Shown: positions 9,492 through 18,658, numbered from the stretch's first letter. The stretch: DNA of 63,697 nucleotides from Verrucomicrobiota bacterium (GCA_039798785.1 JBDKFG010000023.1:1-63697), one strand, 5' to 3'. The notes: generated from the sequence alone by a model not told the origin. Made by a program: numbers and translations.

Positions 9492-10481
9492 ATGGCAAAT
9501 CCCTATCCCGCCGGCCAGCTTTTCATCCGCGTCAAAAGCCCGATCGCTGTCCTTATCATCATCGCCGGGGTCGTCCAGGCCGCCCTCCTTCTCGCCTCCT
9601 GGGTCGCCGAGATCAAGCAACTCCGCTACCGCCCCGCCACAGAGTTGAAAAGCTGCCTCGCCCAGGTCGCCCAGGAACAGACGGCCGCCCACGAAGGCGT
9701 CGCCCAGTTCCTCAACCAGGCTGCCGTCAAGGCGACGCTGCCGCTCAGCGTCGAGCTCCCCGATGCGCCGTCCAGCCCCGCGGACTTCGAGGCCTGCCAG
9801 AAAAGCCTCGCTCAGCTCCGACTCGACAGCGCCGAGCTGAAGAAGCTGCTTTCCGCTCATATCGACGCGCGCCTCAGTCCTATCACCGCCACCATGCAGG
9901 CTCACGTCGAGAGCCGACGCAAGGAGAAGAATGCCGCGGCACCCAGCGCCGAGCCAACGGCCGCCCTCCCGCCGCGCCTCTTCGTCGCCGGAGACAAGGC
10001 CGCCCTTGCCGCCCAGCGCGCAGCCGAGCTGGCCGGCCTCGTCGGACCCCTTGAAGAGCGCGCATCCAACCCGGTCAACCGCCAGAATCTCGCCGCCCTC
10101 CGCACTGATCTCAACGCCTTCGCCGAGTGGCTCGCCAAGCAGGAAAAAGGCCAGGCCGCCAGCCAGGTCGCCGAAGCTAGTCTTGACAGCGAACGCATCT
10201 TGAGGCAAATCCAGGATGCCTTCGCCAAGCTCAAGCAGAGCAGCTCGGACGCCTGGCGCCTCGACGCCACCCTTGATCAGTTTGAGAGGACTCTCGATGT
10301 CGAGCGTCGTCAATGCGCCGCCAGCCTTGAGAGGATCGAGAAGTCCCGCTTCGATCATCTCGCCCGGCTTGCCTCCATCCTTCTCGGTTCGCTGCTCGGA
10401 GCCGCCGCCGTCCTGATCTTCGCCGACTTCCTCAAGGCTCACTTCGCCAACGCCTCCCGCGATTCCAAGGGCTCCGCATGA
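9492..10481 (+). CDS. Hypothetical membrane protein (2 TM, helical extracytoplasmic domain)
   Basis: ATG at 9492, N- and C-terminal TM, host-like codon usage, coupled to fabG. Confidence 0.65.
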   Translation: MANPYPAGQLFIRVKSPIAVLIIIAGVVQAALLLASWVAEIKQLRYRPATELKSCLAQVAQEQTAAHEGVAQFLNQAAVKATLPLSVELPDAPSSPADFEACQKSLAQLRLDSAELKKLLSAHIDARLSPITATMQAHVESRRKEKNAAAPSAEPTAALPPRLFVAGDKAALAAQRAAELAGLVGPLEERASNPVNRQNLAALRTDLNAFAEWLAKQEKGQAASQVAEASLDSERILRQIQDAFAKLKQSSSDAWRLDATLDQFERTLDVERRQCAASLERIEKSRFDHLARLASILLGSLLGAAAVLIFADFLKAHFANASRDSKGSA

Positions 10482-11200
10482 GCCGCCCGAGAGTCCTCAT
10501 CACCGGCGCCTCCCGCGGCATCGGACGCGCCTGCGCCCTCGCCCTCGCCCCCGACTTCGACCTCGTCCTCAATTACCGCAACGGTCATGAAGCCGCTGCG
10601 GAAACCGCAAAAATCTGCCGCGAGCTCGGTGCCGCCGTCGAACTCCTGCCCTTCGACGTCAGCGACCGCGCCGCCTGCCTCGCCACCTTGAAATCGATCG
10701 AAGACCAAGGCCCCCTCTGGGGCGTCGTCCTCAATGCCGGCATCACCCGCGATAACACTTTCCCAGCTCTTGAAGACGCTGATTGGGACTTGGTCCTGCG
10801 CACCAATCTCGACGCCTTCTACAACGTCCTTCATCCCCTGGTGATGCCCATGGTCCGAGCCAAAAAAGGCGGACGCATCGTCGTCCTCTCCTCGGTCTCC
10901 GGCATCGCCGGCAACCGCGGCCAGACCAACTACGCCGCCGCCAAAGGCGGACTCATCGCCGCGGCGAAATCCCTGGCGATCGAACTCGCCTCCCGCAACA
11001 TCACCGTCAACTGCGTCGCCCCCGGCCTGATCGACACCGACATGACCGCCGGTCTCGATCTCGCTCCGGCTTTGGAGGCGATCCCGATGAAACGCAGCGG
11101 CAAGCCCGAAGAAGTGGCCGCCACAGTGGCCTTCCTCTTCTCGAAAAACGCCGGCTACATCACGCGCCAGGTAATTTCTGTCAATGGCGGTCTGATTTGA
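10478..11200 (+). CDS. fabG: 3-oxoacyl-ACP reductase (SDR)
   Basis: TGASRGIG, NAGITRD, GNRGQTNYAAAK (YxxxK), VAPGLIDT. Confidence 0.88.
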   Translation: MSRPRVLITGASRGIGRACALALAPDFDLVLNYRNGHEAAAETAKICRELGAAVELLPFDVSDRAACLATLKSIEDQGPLWGVVLNAGITRDNTFPALEDADWDLVLRTNLDAFYNVLHPLVMPMVRAKKGGRIVVLSSVSGIAGNRGQTNYAAAKGGLIAAAKSLAIELASRNITVNCVAPGLIDTDMTAGLDLAPALEAIPMKRSGKPEEVAATVAFLFSKNAGYITRQVISVNGGLI

Positions 11201-11252
11201 CCTTGCAGACTCTTCGGATCGTGCTAAACTCTGCCTCGTCTCAGCGACACAC

Positions 11253-11327
11253 GCGGGTGTAGCTCAGTGGTAGAGCTTCTGCCTTCCAAGCAGAATGTCG
11301 TGGGTTCAAATCCCATCGCCCGCTCCA
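11253..11327 (+). tRNA. tRNA-Gly (anticodon TCC)
   Basis: Acceptor GCGGGTG/CGCCCGC, anticodon arm TCTGC-CTTCCAA-GCAGA, GGTTCAAATCC T-loop, encoded CCA. Confidence 0.97.
11280..11327 (+). repeat. attL core (3' part of tRNA-Gly)
   Basis: TGCCTTCCAAGCAGAATGTCGTGGGTTCAAATCCCATCGCCCGCTCCA identical to 53017-53064. Confidence 0.95.
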
Positions 11328-11348
11328 CTTTACCAGTTGAAAATCAAG

Positions 11349-11383
11349 AACTTGCGGCACTCGAAAGAGTGCCGCAAGTTTTT
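11349..11383 (+). terminator. Intrinsic terminator after the tRNA
   Basis: AACTTGCGGCACTC-GAAA-GAGTGCCGCAAGTT followed by T run. Confidence 0.85.
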
Positions 11384-11384
11384 G

Positions 11385-11406
11385 CTTGCTACGACTTTTG
11401 CTACAG
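11385..11406 (+). promoter_or_regulatory. Putative integrase arm-binding site pair
   Basis: CTTGCTACGACTTTTGCTACAG, repeated with 1 mismatch at 52863-52884. Confidence 0.65.
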
Positions 11407-11460
11407 ACCTTCGCTCCAGAAGCACCTTCCGGCATCGTCGCGCAGGTGTACGAAAATGAA

Positions 11461-12201
11461 TCAGACATGGACCACCCCGATGACCCGCCCCAGCAAAATC
11501 AGGTGGTCGGTGCGTTTCACTCTCAAAGGATAGCCGTTCTCTTCGCCCCAGGGGCCGTTGTCGGCGTGTAGCTCGACGATCAATGGCACGTAGTTGCCCC
11601 GCACATAGCGGATGCGCTTCAGGGCGAGTCCGGCGCCGTTCAAAATGTAAAGCACGATGCTGCCGTCCGGGACGGCGCTGCGCAGGGCTTCGATGCTGCT
11701 GCTGCCTTCCGGCTCGAGCTCGCAGCCGTCGAGGCTGATCACCACCGCCTCCCGCCCGGGAGCGAGCAGCGGCAGCATGCTGTCGCCCACCACCCGCACC
11801 AGACCGAGATTGCCCTTCTTCGGCAGCTCGGCGATGCGGCAGCCGCAATCCCACCCCTGCGATAAAAGGCCGTGCCCGGCCGCAGCCTCCTCCACTTCGT
11901 GCCGCTCGGTCACCGTCAGCTCCGGCAAGGGCGCCACGGTGATCTCCGTCGCCCGGACCTTCGGCTTGGGCTTGTCGATCGGCAGCACATCCATCGAGCC
12001 GGCTTCTTCCTCTCCCAGATAGGGGCGCAAATGCCCCCGCAAGGCCAGACGCTGCTTTGGCCGGATGCCGCCGCCCTGCAGCCACTTCATCACTGAGGTG
12101 TGCGCCACGTCGAGTATCGATCCCGTCGCGGCAAGCGTCAGCCCCTTGTCAGACATCCAGTCCTTCAAGGCTTTGATTTCGTTGGTGGGCAGTGCTTCCA
12201 T
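11461..12201 (-). CDS. CI-like repressor (HTH plus S24 autopeptidase)
   Basis: HTH GLTLAATGSILDVAHTSVMKWLQG; VRVVGDSMLP (Ser) and LALKRI (Lys); divergent from the early operon; start uncertain. Confidence 0.85.
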   Translation of the reverse strand: MEALPTNEIKALKDWMSDKGLTLAATGSILDVAHTSVMKWLQGGGIRPKQRLALRGHLRPYLGEEEAGSMDVLPIDKPKPKVRATEITVAPLPELTVTERHEVEEAAAGHGLLSQGWDCGCRIAELPKKGNLGLVRVVGDSMLPLLAPGREAVVISLDGCELEPEGSSSIEALRSAVPDGSIVLYILNGAGLALKRIRYVRGNYVPLIVELHADNGPWGEENGYPLRVKRTDHLILLGRVIGVVHV

Positions 12202-12306
12202 GCCCTTACATAACGCACAATTAAGCAATGCACAAGGCTTGTCGCAGTGTTTTTCGCACCAAAATGCGCACATGAAAAATAGGCGGAAAAATTTTGAACG
12301 AGCTTC

Positions 12307-12335
12307 TTGACGCAGAACTGCGCACCCTTTAGTCT
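12307..12335 (+). promoter_or_regulatory. Sigma70-type early lytic promoter
   Basis: TTGACG-N17-TAGTCT upstream of the early operon. Confidence 0.7.
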
Positions 12336-12382
12336 GCCGACACGAACCGATACCGACATCAGGCACAAAGGCACAACGCACA

Positions 12383-12556
12383 ATGAAACAAGATCGAGTC
12401 ATGCTCCCCCAAGCGGTCGCCCCGCTAGTCAAGGCCTACGCCAAACGCGAGCGGGTCACCGTCCCCCGCGCCGCCGAAGAACTGATCGCCGCCGGCCTGC
12501 GGGCCAAGGCACAGGCGGCCGCAGCCGCCGAAAGCTCCACCGCCCAGCCTCGCTGA
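12383..12556 (+). CDS. Small ribbon-helix-helix-like regulator in the Cro position (57 aa, absent from ORF track)
   Basis: MKQDRVMLPQAVAPLVKAYAKRERVTVPRAAEELIAAGL...: strand-helix-turn-helix pattern; first ORF after the promoter. Confidence 0.6.
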   Translation: MKQDRVMLPQAVAPLVKAYAKRERVTVPRAAEELIAAGLRAKAQAAAAAESSTAQPR

Positions 12557-12625
12557 GCCTCCCCGAAAGAGTGCTCCCGGGCAGGTACGAACTGCCCGGG
12601 AGCGTTGAAACCCAAGGACCAAACC

Positions 12626-12946
12626 GTGAGTTCACCCGCAAGATACCCGTCCGCCGCCGAGCCGCAAGCTCCGTCCCGGACTCCCGCCCAGTCGGCCGCC
12701 CTCGAGGCCGCCAAACAACTCCTCGCCCTCAATGGCCTCCGCCTCGAGGATCTGCTCACTCTCCATGCCGAACCAGTGATGATGCGGGTCAAGGACGCCG
12801 CCGCCAAATATTCGGTGACGCCTCGCTGCATCGAGAACTGGGTCAATCAGGGTCACCTGAAATGCTGGCGCCCTTCCAATAAGATTTCCTACATCGACGA
12901 GCGACAGCTCCGCGCTCTGCTGATGGGCAAAGGAGTGCCGGCATGA
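12626..12946 (+). CDS. Excisionase-like HTH DNA-binding protein
   Basis: MRVKDAAAKYSVTPRCIENWVNQGHLKCWR...YID; GTG start after AAGGA. Confidence 0.7.
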   Translation: MSSPARYPSAAEPQAPSRTPAQSAALEAAKQLLALNGLRLEDLLTLHAEPVMMRVKDAAAKYSVTPRCIENWVNQGHLKCWRPSNKISYIDERQLRALLMGKGVPA

Positions 12947-13161
12947 CTCTCGCCACCTGCCCCGTCTGCCTGCGCCTCGCTCCCGCCGGTGCACCTCGTC
13001 CCCGCAAAGCCTGCCGCCGCTGCCTCGCCGAATCCCTCCCCGCTGGCTCTTGCGACGCCCGCTTCTACGCCCAGGCCCGCGCTGCGCACCTCACTAGCCA
13101 CCGTTGCGCCCCCCGCAAAAGCTGGTGGCAGCGACTCAAGCGCCTGCTGAGGCTCCCCTGA
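12943..13161 (+). CDS. Hypothetical Cys-rich phage protein
   Basis: ATGA coupling, AAGGAG RBS, CPVC/CRRC. Confidence 0.55.
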   Translation: MTLATCPVCLRLAPAGAPRPRKACRRCLAESLPAGSCDARFYAQARAAHLTSHRCAPRKSWWQRLKRLLRLP

Positions 13162-13388
13162 ATGCCGGCCTCTGTCCCGTCTGCTGGCATCGCTACGGCA
13201 GATACATGCCCCTCGGCTCCAGCGGCATCTGCGGCGCCTGCCGCGACCGCCGCCCCGTCGAAAGACTCATGTCTGACGAGGAGCGAGCACTTCACCATCG
13301 CCTTCTCCAAGCTCGTCAGCAAGCTCTACATGAACCGCGAAGTGATGCGCCAGATCTACCAGCCCAGCGCTCTCGCCGACGCCGCTGA
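13158..13388 (+). CDS. Possible small Zn-finger protein (CTG start)
   Basis: CPVC...CGAC then a helical segment; CTG overlaps the previous TGA, GAGG upstream; competes with the 13162 frame. Confidence 0.3.
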   Translation: MNAGLCPVCWHRYGRYMPLGSSGICGACRDRRPVERLMSDEERALHHRLLQARQQALHEPRSDAPDLPAQRSRRRR

Positions 13389-13626
13389 AACCCGCAGCCT
13401 CGGCGGCCTCAGCATCGAGGGCAAGATCGATGAATCGGTCGCGCTGATGGACGAGTTCGCCGCCGCCTGGTGCGACCGTTCCTCCCGGCAGGAACTGGAA
13501 ACTGCCGAAACTGCCGCAGCCCGGGCCAAAATCACCGCGATGAATCGCGACAAACTCAACCTGGCCAACGCCGCCAAAGCCGCCTCCGGCAACAAAGGCG
13601 GCCGGCCCAGAAAGGAAAGATCATGA
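13330..13626 (+). CDS. Hypothetical protein ending in a GxKGGRPRK motif
   Basis: ORF 13162-13626 (start may be 13162 or 13330); motif is common in phage replication-region proteins. Confidence 0.5.
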   Translation: MNREVMRQIYQPSALADAAETRSLGGLSIEGKIDESVALMDEFAAAWCDRSSRQELETAETAAARAKITAMNRDKLNLANAAKAASGNKGGRPRKERS

Positions 13627-14366
13627 GTGCCAAGTCCAAACCCATGCATAGCCTGCAAATCCCCATCGACCACCTCGCCGCCGCCCACGAGTACGACTGC
13701 GAACTGGAGTTCCTCGCCCTCATCCGCCGCTGCTGCCGTATCCGCGGCCCGGTCAAGGCCCAAGGGCTCGAAGAGCTGATCAATGACGGCGTCGTCCTCC
13801 GTGCCGAGGACGGCCTCATCCCCGCTTGCGTCGCCGAAACGCTCGCCTACATCGAGGGCCAGACCAGCGCTGGTTTCAAGGGTGCAGATCGTCGCAAGTC
13901 CTTGAAAACGGAAGCGACCCTTGAGGCTCCCTGCAGCGCCGCCGCAGCCAGCCCGAAGCCAGCCTCTAGCCAAAGCAAAGCAATGCAAGACAAGCAAGAC
14001 AAGACAGAAGCTGAAGCTTCTTCCAACACCCATTCCCCTGCCGGGGAGAAGCCGCCGGGCAAGCCGGCTCGGGAGGTGGGCTATTCGACCGACTTCGAGT
14101 CCTTTTGGGAGCAATACCCCCGCAAGGTCGGCAAGGGCGAGGCTTGGAAAGCCTGGCAAGCCCGGGCCAAGCCCCTGCCGGCGCCGGAGACGCTGCTGAC
14201 TGCCCTCGGTCAGGCCTCGGTGAGCGAGCAGTGGCGCCGGGACGGCGGTAAGTACATCCCGCATCCCGCCACCTGGCTCAACGGTCGCCGCTGGGAAGAC
14301 CAGATGCAGTCGCCGCCCGCCGCCGGCATGACCCAGTCGAAACTCGCCGACATGCTGGGCTTCTGA
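13623..14366 (+). CDS. Phage replication initiator
   Basis: FESFWEQYPRKVGKGEAWKAW...YIPHPATWLNGRRWED C-terminal domain; followed by a DnaC-like gene. Confidence 0.8.
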   Translation: MSAKSKPMHSLQIPIDHLAAAHEYDCELEFLALIRRCCRIRGPVKAQGLEELINDGVVLRAEDGLIPACVAETLAYIEGQTSAGFKGADRRKSLKTEATLEAPCSAAAASPKPASSQSKAMQDKQDKTEAEASSNTHSPAGEKPPGKPAREVGYSTDFESFWEQYPRKVGKGEAWKAWQARAKPLPAPETLLTALGQASVSEQWRRDGGKYIPHPATWLNGRRWEDQMQSPPAAGMTQSKLADMLGF

Positions 14367-14367
14367 G

Positions 14368-15102
14368 ATGAGCGCCGCCTGCCTCTACTGCGGCTCCTCC
14401 GCCGCCCAGGTGCTCGCCCAGTTCAGCCGCTGGAGCGACTGCCTCTACCACTGCCCCTGCCCCGGCTGCGTCGGGCTCTACCTGCGCCATTACGAACCGA
14501 CCACGCCGGAACGCCTGAAGCGCCGCATGGACGCCTTCCTCGATGTCGCCCCGCTCCTCGCCGCCGAGACCCACCCCGAACGCCTGCCGGCCTGGCTTGC
14601 CATCCCGCCCAACTACACCGGAGAGAAATCGCTGATCATCGCCGGCGCCACCGGCTCCGGCAAGACCCGCGCCGCCTGGTTCGCCCTCCAGCAGAGCTGG
14701 GTGATGTTCGGCCGCAAGTTCGCTCCCTTCACCCACGCCGAGCTCTCCACCAAGCTCGCCCAAGGAGCGCTGCAGAACTACGGACGCGGCGCCGACGAGC
14801 TGGTCGCCCGCTGCGTCTCCGCCCCGACACTCTTCATCGACGACCTTGGCAACGGCAACGCCGACGCCCGGGTCATCGACCGCCTCTGGGAGATCATCGA
14901 CCGGCGCTACAAGACCGGCGCCCCCATCCTCGCCACCACCCAGTACAGCAGCGAGGCCCTCGGCGAAAAGCTCGGCGGCATCGAGAAGACCGCCGCCCTG
15001 ATGCGCCGCATCAAGAACGACGGCCTGATGCTGGTCGACCCCGCCTACCTCGCCGAAGCCCAAAAGAAACGAACCACAGCCAAAAAGGAAGTCCTCGCAT
15101 GA
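14368..15102 (+). CDS. DnaC/IstB-like AAA+ helicase loader
   Basis: GATGSGKT, LFIDDLG, IIDRRY, ILATTQY. Confidence 0.85.
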   Translation: MSAACLYCGSSAAQVLAQFSRWSDCLYHCPCPGCVGLYLRHYEPTTPERLKRRMDAFLDVAPLLAAETHPERLPAWLAIPPNYTGEKSLIIAGATGSGKTRAAWFALQQSWVMFGRKFAPFTHAELSTKLAQGALQNYGRGADELVARCVSAPTLFIDDLGNGNADARVIDRLWEIIDRRYKTGAPILATTQYSSEALGEKLGGIEKTAALMRRIKNDGLMLVDPAYLAEAQKKRTTAKKEVLA

Positions 15103-15392
15103 AAGTCCAAGTCACCTGCTGGGAATGTGACCTCGATCACACCCACGAAATCCCTGCCGAACAAGCCGGCCTCGAAGTCGACACCACCTGCCCCAAGTGC
15201 CACTCGATCAACATCGTTGAAGCGCCGCAAGAAGACGAGGCGCCGGAGATCGAGCCCCTCGCCAATACGCAGGAGCTCGCCTGCCGCGACATGATGTGCC
15301 GCATCGAGCAGGACCTCGCCCTGGCGCGGGGACACATCCGCGAACTCGAGGCGCTGCTCCCCGCGCTCGAACGGAGGGCCACCGCATGCTGA
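15099..15392 (+). CDS. Hypothetical Zn-ribbon protein
   Basis: CWEC...CPKC plus coiled coil; ATGA coupling. Confidence 0.6.
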   Translation: MKVQVTCWECDLDHTHEIPAEQAGLEVDTTCPKCHSINIVEAPQEDEAPEIEPLANTQELACRDMMCRIEQDLALARGHIRELEALLPALERRATAC

Positions 15393-15604
15393 CCCGCATC
15401 GACTGGCGCACGCCGCTGAAGTCGGGGAAGAAGGCGTTGCGCTCGCACGCTCTCGGCCCCGATCCCAAGGCCTACCTCTGCGGCGCCGAACGCCGCGTCA
15501 ATCGACGCCTTGGCCCCAACAGCCGCCCCTTCATGGACGAGATGCCCACCGGCCAGACTCGCTGCGAAGCCTGCCTCGAACTGATCCAAAGCGCCATCGT
15601 CTGA
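15386..15604 (+). CDS. Hypothetical phage protein
   Basis: ATG after GGAGG; H/C-rich (YLCG, CEAC). Confidence 0.5.
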   Translation: MLTRIDWRTPLKSGKKALRSHALGPDPKAYLCGAERRVNRRLGPNSRPFMDEMPTGQTRCEACLELIQSAIV

Positions 15605-15608
15605 CACT

Positions 15609-16871
15609 ATGAAGCTCTACCGCCGCCAGCTCAAGTCCGGCCCCAGTCCGCACTACTATGTGCGGCTGCGGCTGTCGGGACGCGAAATCCGGGTCAGTAC
15701 CGGGCGCCGCACCTACGCCGAGGCGAAGGCTTGGGTGCAGCGTCACATCCAACCCTTGAAAGACGAAAAGACCCTGGCGGCCTTGGAGAAGGCGGCACAA
15801 GTTGCCCTCGCCGGCGAAGCCCTGCCGCTGCTCGACGAGCGCGGCTTGGATCTCCCAGTTCGCAACGCCAAACACTCGGCCAAACGCCGCGCCTTCCGCT
15901 CCACTCCGGGCTACACACCGAGAAAGGAAGTCGAGCGTCCCAGCGCCTGGACCTGCTTCGAGCAGGCACACCCGCGGCTCAGCGTCAAAGAGCGCCGTGC
16001 CTATCTTTGCAGCCTGCGCGGCTTCGCCGCCTGGCTTGCCAAGGCCCGGGTCGAGGAGCGGCTCAGCCAGAAGCGCAAGAAGATCGCGGGACAGGATCTC
16101 GCTGCGGTCACCGCAAAAGACGCCCAAGACTGGCTGCGCTCGCTGGCCGCTGCCAAGCTTGCCACCGTTACACTGCGCAAACACCGCGTGCGCCTCATCC
16201 GCATCTTCGACGCCGCCCTTGAGCTCGCCGGCCTGCGCCGTAATCCCTTCCGCGAAAGCACCGCCCCCGCTGCCGACGGAGCAAGCCGCCGCGCCTTCAC
16301 CCCGGAAGAGCTGCAGCGAATCCTCGCGGAATCCGCAAAGGAGGACATCGGGCCGCTGGTGCTCATCGGCGCTAACACCGGCCTGCGCCTTGGCGACGCC
16401 GTCACCCTGCGCTGGGATGAGATCGACGCCTCGCGGGATTGCATCCGGCGCATCACCAGCAAGACCAAGAGCGAGGTCGAGATCCCCATCCTCCCGGCCC
16501 TGGCAGAGTGGCTGTCGGGACGCGAGCGCTCCGGCGAATTCCTCTTGCCGGAACTGGCCGAGCTCTATCGCAAGAGCCCGGGCCAGCTCTCCCGCCGCTT
16601 CGCCGAGCTGCTCGATCGCTTGGGTATCCGGCGCCAAGAGTCGATCGCAGGGCGCGGACGCTCCGTCACGGTGAAAAGCTTCCATGCACTCCGCCACACC
16701 TTCGTCTACATGGCCGCAGAAGCCCAAGTGCCGCTGCCGATCATCGTCTCGATTGTTGGCCACGCCAGCCCCCGCATGACGGAGCACTATGCGGCGCACG
16801 CGACGCTGGAGGCAAAGAAAAGGTTATTGACAGAGTTAAGCTTTCACTCAGTCCTTAGCGGGATCTGGTGA
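15609..16871 (+). CDS. Second tyrosine recombinase (end of the early operon)
   Basis: TGLRLGD, ITSKTK, FHALRH, VGH, HY: complete catalytic set. Confidence 0.88.
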   Translation: MKLYRRQLKSGPSPHYYVRLRLSGREIRVSTGRRTYAEAKAWVQRHIQPLKDEKTLAALEKAAQVALAGEALPLLDERGLDLPVRNAKHSAKRRAFRSTPGYTPRKEVERPSAWTCFEQAHPRLSVKERRAYLCSLRGFAAWLAKARVEERLSQKRKKIAGQDLAAVTAKDAQDWLRSLAAAKLATVTLRKHRVRLIRIFDAALELAGLRRNPFRESTAPAADGASRRAFTPEELQRILAESAKEDIGPLVLIGANTGLRLGDAVTLRWDEIDASRDCIRRITSKTKSEVEIPILPALAEWLSGRERSGEFLLPELAELYRKSPGQLSRRFAELLDRLGIRRQESIAGRGRSVTVKSFHALRHTFVYMAAEAQVPLPIIVSIVGHASPRMTEHYAAHATLEAKKRLLTELSFHSVLSGIW

Positions 16872-17798
16872 CTTCATAAAGAAAAATTTAAGGCAAAGTG
16901 CCGCAGCAACAATGGCTATAATTCCCCAGAATATCATCGAAGATCGTGCCTTAGCTGCATCTTCTACGATTTGTGGATCCGACCTCCACACCTGAGAAAA
17001 TTCAATTTTCCCGACATCGCTCCCGTTGCTATCTTTGAGAATTCCAGTCGAAGCCCATGCCTCATTGACATCTGATGGCATTTTAAATTCCACCATTGCT
17101 ATATGGTCAGGACTGTCGATTTCAAGATTTAAACCGCTTAAATCTATTGAACCAGAAGCAGATGCCTGAGCAGCCAAACAGTTTGAATAACCCGCTTTCC
17201 CGTTGATATTGAAGTTTACTTTTGTCTCGATGATTCGATTCCAAACCCTATTCGATGCCGTATCATCGTCATAAATATGAATGCAAACCCTCGCTCCAGG
17301 CTTTGCGTTTTTGCTGATGACTCGACTTAATAACGGCTGACCATGATATTCGTTAGTAATGTTGGGAATAAGAAAGTCAGATTGACCTTCGATTTGGACC
17401 ACTGCAAATATATCAGGTTTATCCAGTATGTCAGCCCAATATATAGATCTAGCGTCGTTATTAAGTGAAAAGTACAAGGAGTAGATTGTGCTGTCATTAG
17501 GGTTTATGCCCTGTCTCTTAAGGTCATTAATGACAGACATTTTATTATCGTAAAGCGATTGAGATAGACTCATTTCTTCACAAGATTTAGCCGCTATTGC
17601 ACCAGTTACAACTACCATTAATGCACTCAAAACTCCGCCAGATCCCCCCCTAATAATAGTTGGCCTAATGCGAGGCGGCGTAATTTTGTTGTCTTGAGGG
17701 GAATTGAAGTATTGAATTTCATTGTAATAATTACAGTAAATTGATTCATTTGGTGATGTGCATACCATCATGCTTGAGATTATAAATGATGAGATCAT
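16848..17798 (-). CDS. AT-rich moron: membrane-anchored protein with a possible C2-like domain
   Basis: Low GC, own RBS, C-terminal TM; KPDIFAVV and IYDDD motifs. Confidence 0.65.
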   Translation of the reverse strand: MISSFIISSMMVCTSPNESIYCNYYNEIQYFNSPQDNKITPPRIRPTIIRGGSGGVLSALMVVVTGAIAAKSCEEMSLSQSLYDNKMSVINDLKRQGINPNDSTIYSLYFSLNNDARSIYWADILDKPDIFAVVQIEGQSDFLIPNITNEYHGQPLLSRVISKNAKPGARVCIHIYDDDTASNRVWNRIIETKVNFNINGKAGYSNCLAAQASASGSIDLSGLNLEIDSPDHIAMVEFKMPSDVNEAWASTGILKDSNGSDVGKIEFSQVWRSDPQIVEDAAKARSSMIFWGIIAIVAAALCLKFFFMKSPDPAKD

Positions 17799-17994
17799 TT
17801 TTTCATTCCTTTTGTTTGCTTGGTTGATGATTGCAGCTTATAAAAATATATGGAGCAACAGATTTTCTAGAGTTTGTGTCTCCATCCTTACATCCTCCCC
17901 TACTCGATCTTACAAGCTAACGATTCACGTAGTCTCAAAATTAGTATGAATTACTTAGGTTACAAGGCCCTCCGATCATTTTGCTCTACTCCCC

Positions 17995-18140
17995 CCGGAA
18001 ACCTCTCCAGCACCTAGCACATCACCCTGAGCCCCGCGTTCCTCTGCCCCTCGGCAAAGGCTGAGCTCAGCGCCTCGTCGGTGAAGCTGCTCCTTATCTG
18101 GCCGCAGAACTCGAGGTGATCGCGAAGCCAAGCGCGAGAG
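17995..18140 (-). pseudogene. Diverged duplicate of the 3' part of gene 18597-18872
   Basis: Aligns without gaps to 18623-18768; encodes SRAWLRDHLEFCG...RVMC* with a CAG>TAG stop. Confidence 0.8.
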
Positions 18141-18174
18141 CAGGCTGGAAGCGAAGAGAAAAAGAGAAAACTAC

Positions 18175-18203
18175 TTGCAGAGATTGGGATGTTGACGTAG
18201 GCT
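18175..18203 (+). promoter_or_regulatory. Sigma70-type promoter of the lipoprotein moron
   Basis: TTGCAG-N17-TAGGCT. Confidence 0.5.
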
Positions 18204-18241
18204 ATTACGCACGTAAGACGCCAATCAACAGGAAATAAATT

Positions 18242-18658
18242 ATGACTTATTTTAGAACCAACATTTCATTGCGCCAAAAAATCACCTCGTTACTGATTGC
18301 ATTTTCATTGACAGTGATGTGCTTCGGATGTAAGCAGCCAGATGCAGAAGCGATTATGGCGAAAACGGGCGATGTATTGAATCCACAGGGCCGCGAACGC
18401 GAAGTCAAAATTGCAAAAGACGCCTCTGCTGCTGCTGCAAATGCGCTTGAAACAGCGGCTCGGGCAAATAAAATGGCTCAAGAGAATTTAAAATCCTCCC
18501 AAGAAACAAGAGACGAGACAGCTAAAACTCTTGCCGAGGCTAAAAAAACTCTTGCTGAGGCAAATAAAAAACTAGCTGATGCCGAAAAGCTTCCTATCAC
18601 CCCATCATCTCCCCCCACCCAACCGGAAATTTCTCCAGCACCTGGCACATCACCCTGA
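18242..18658 (+). CDS. Moron lipoprotein with a coiled coil
   Basis: Signal peptide ending ...MCFG-C, Ala/Lys heptads, low GC, antisense to the late genes. Confidence 0.7.
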   Translation: MTYFRTNISLRQKITSLLIAFSLTVMCFGCKQPDAEAIMAKTGDVLNPQGREREVKIAKDASAAAANALETAARANKMAQENLKSSQETRDETAKTLAEAKKTLAEANKKLADAEKLPITPSSPPTQPEISPAPGTSP

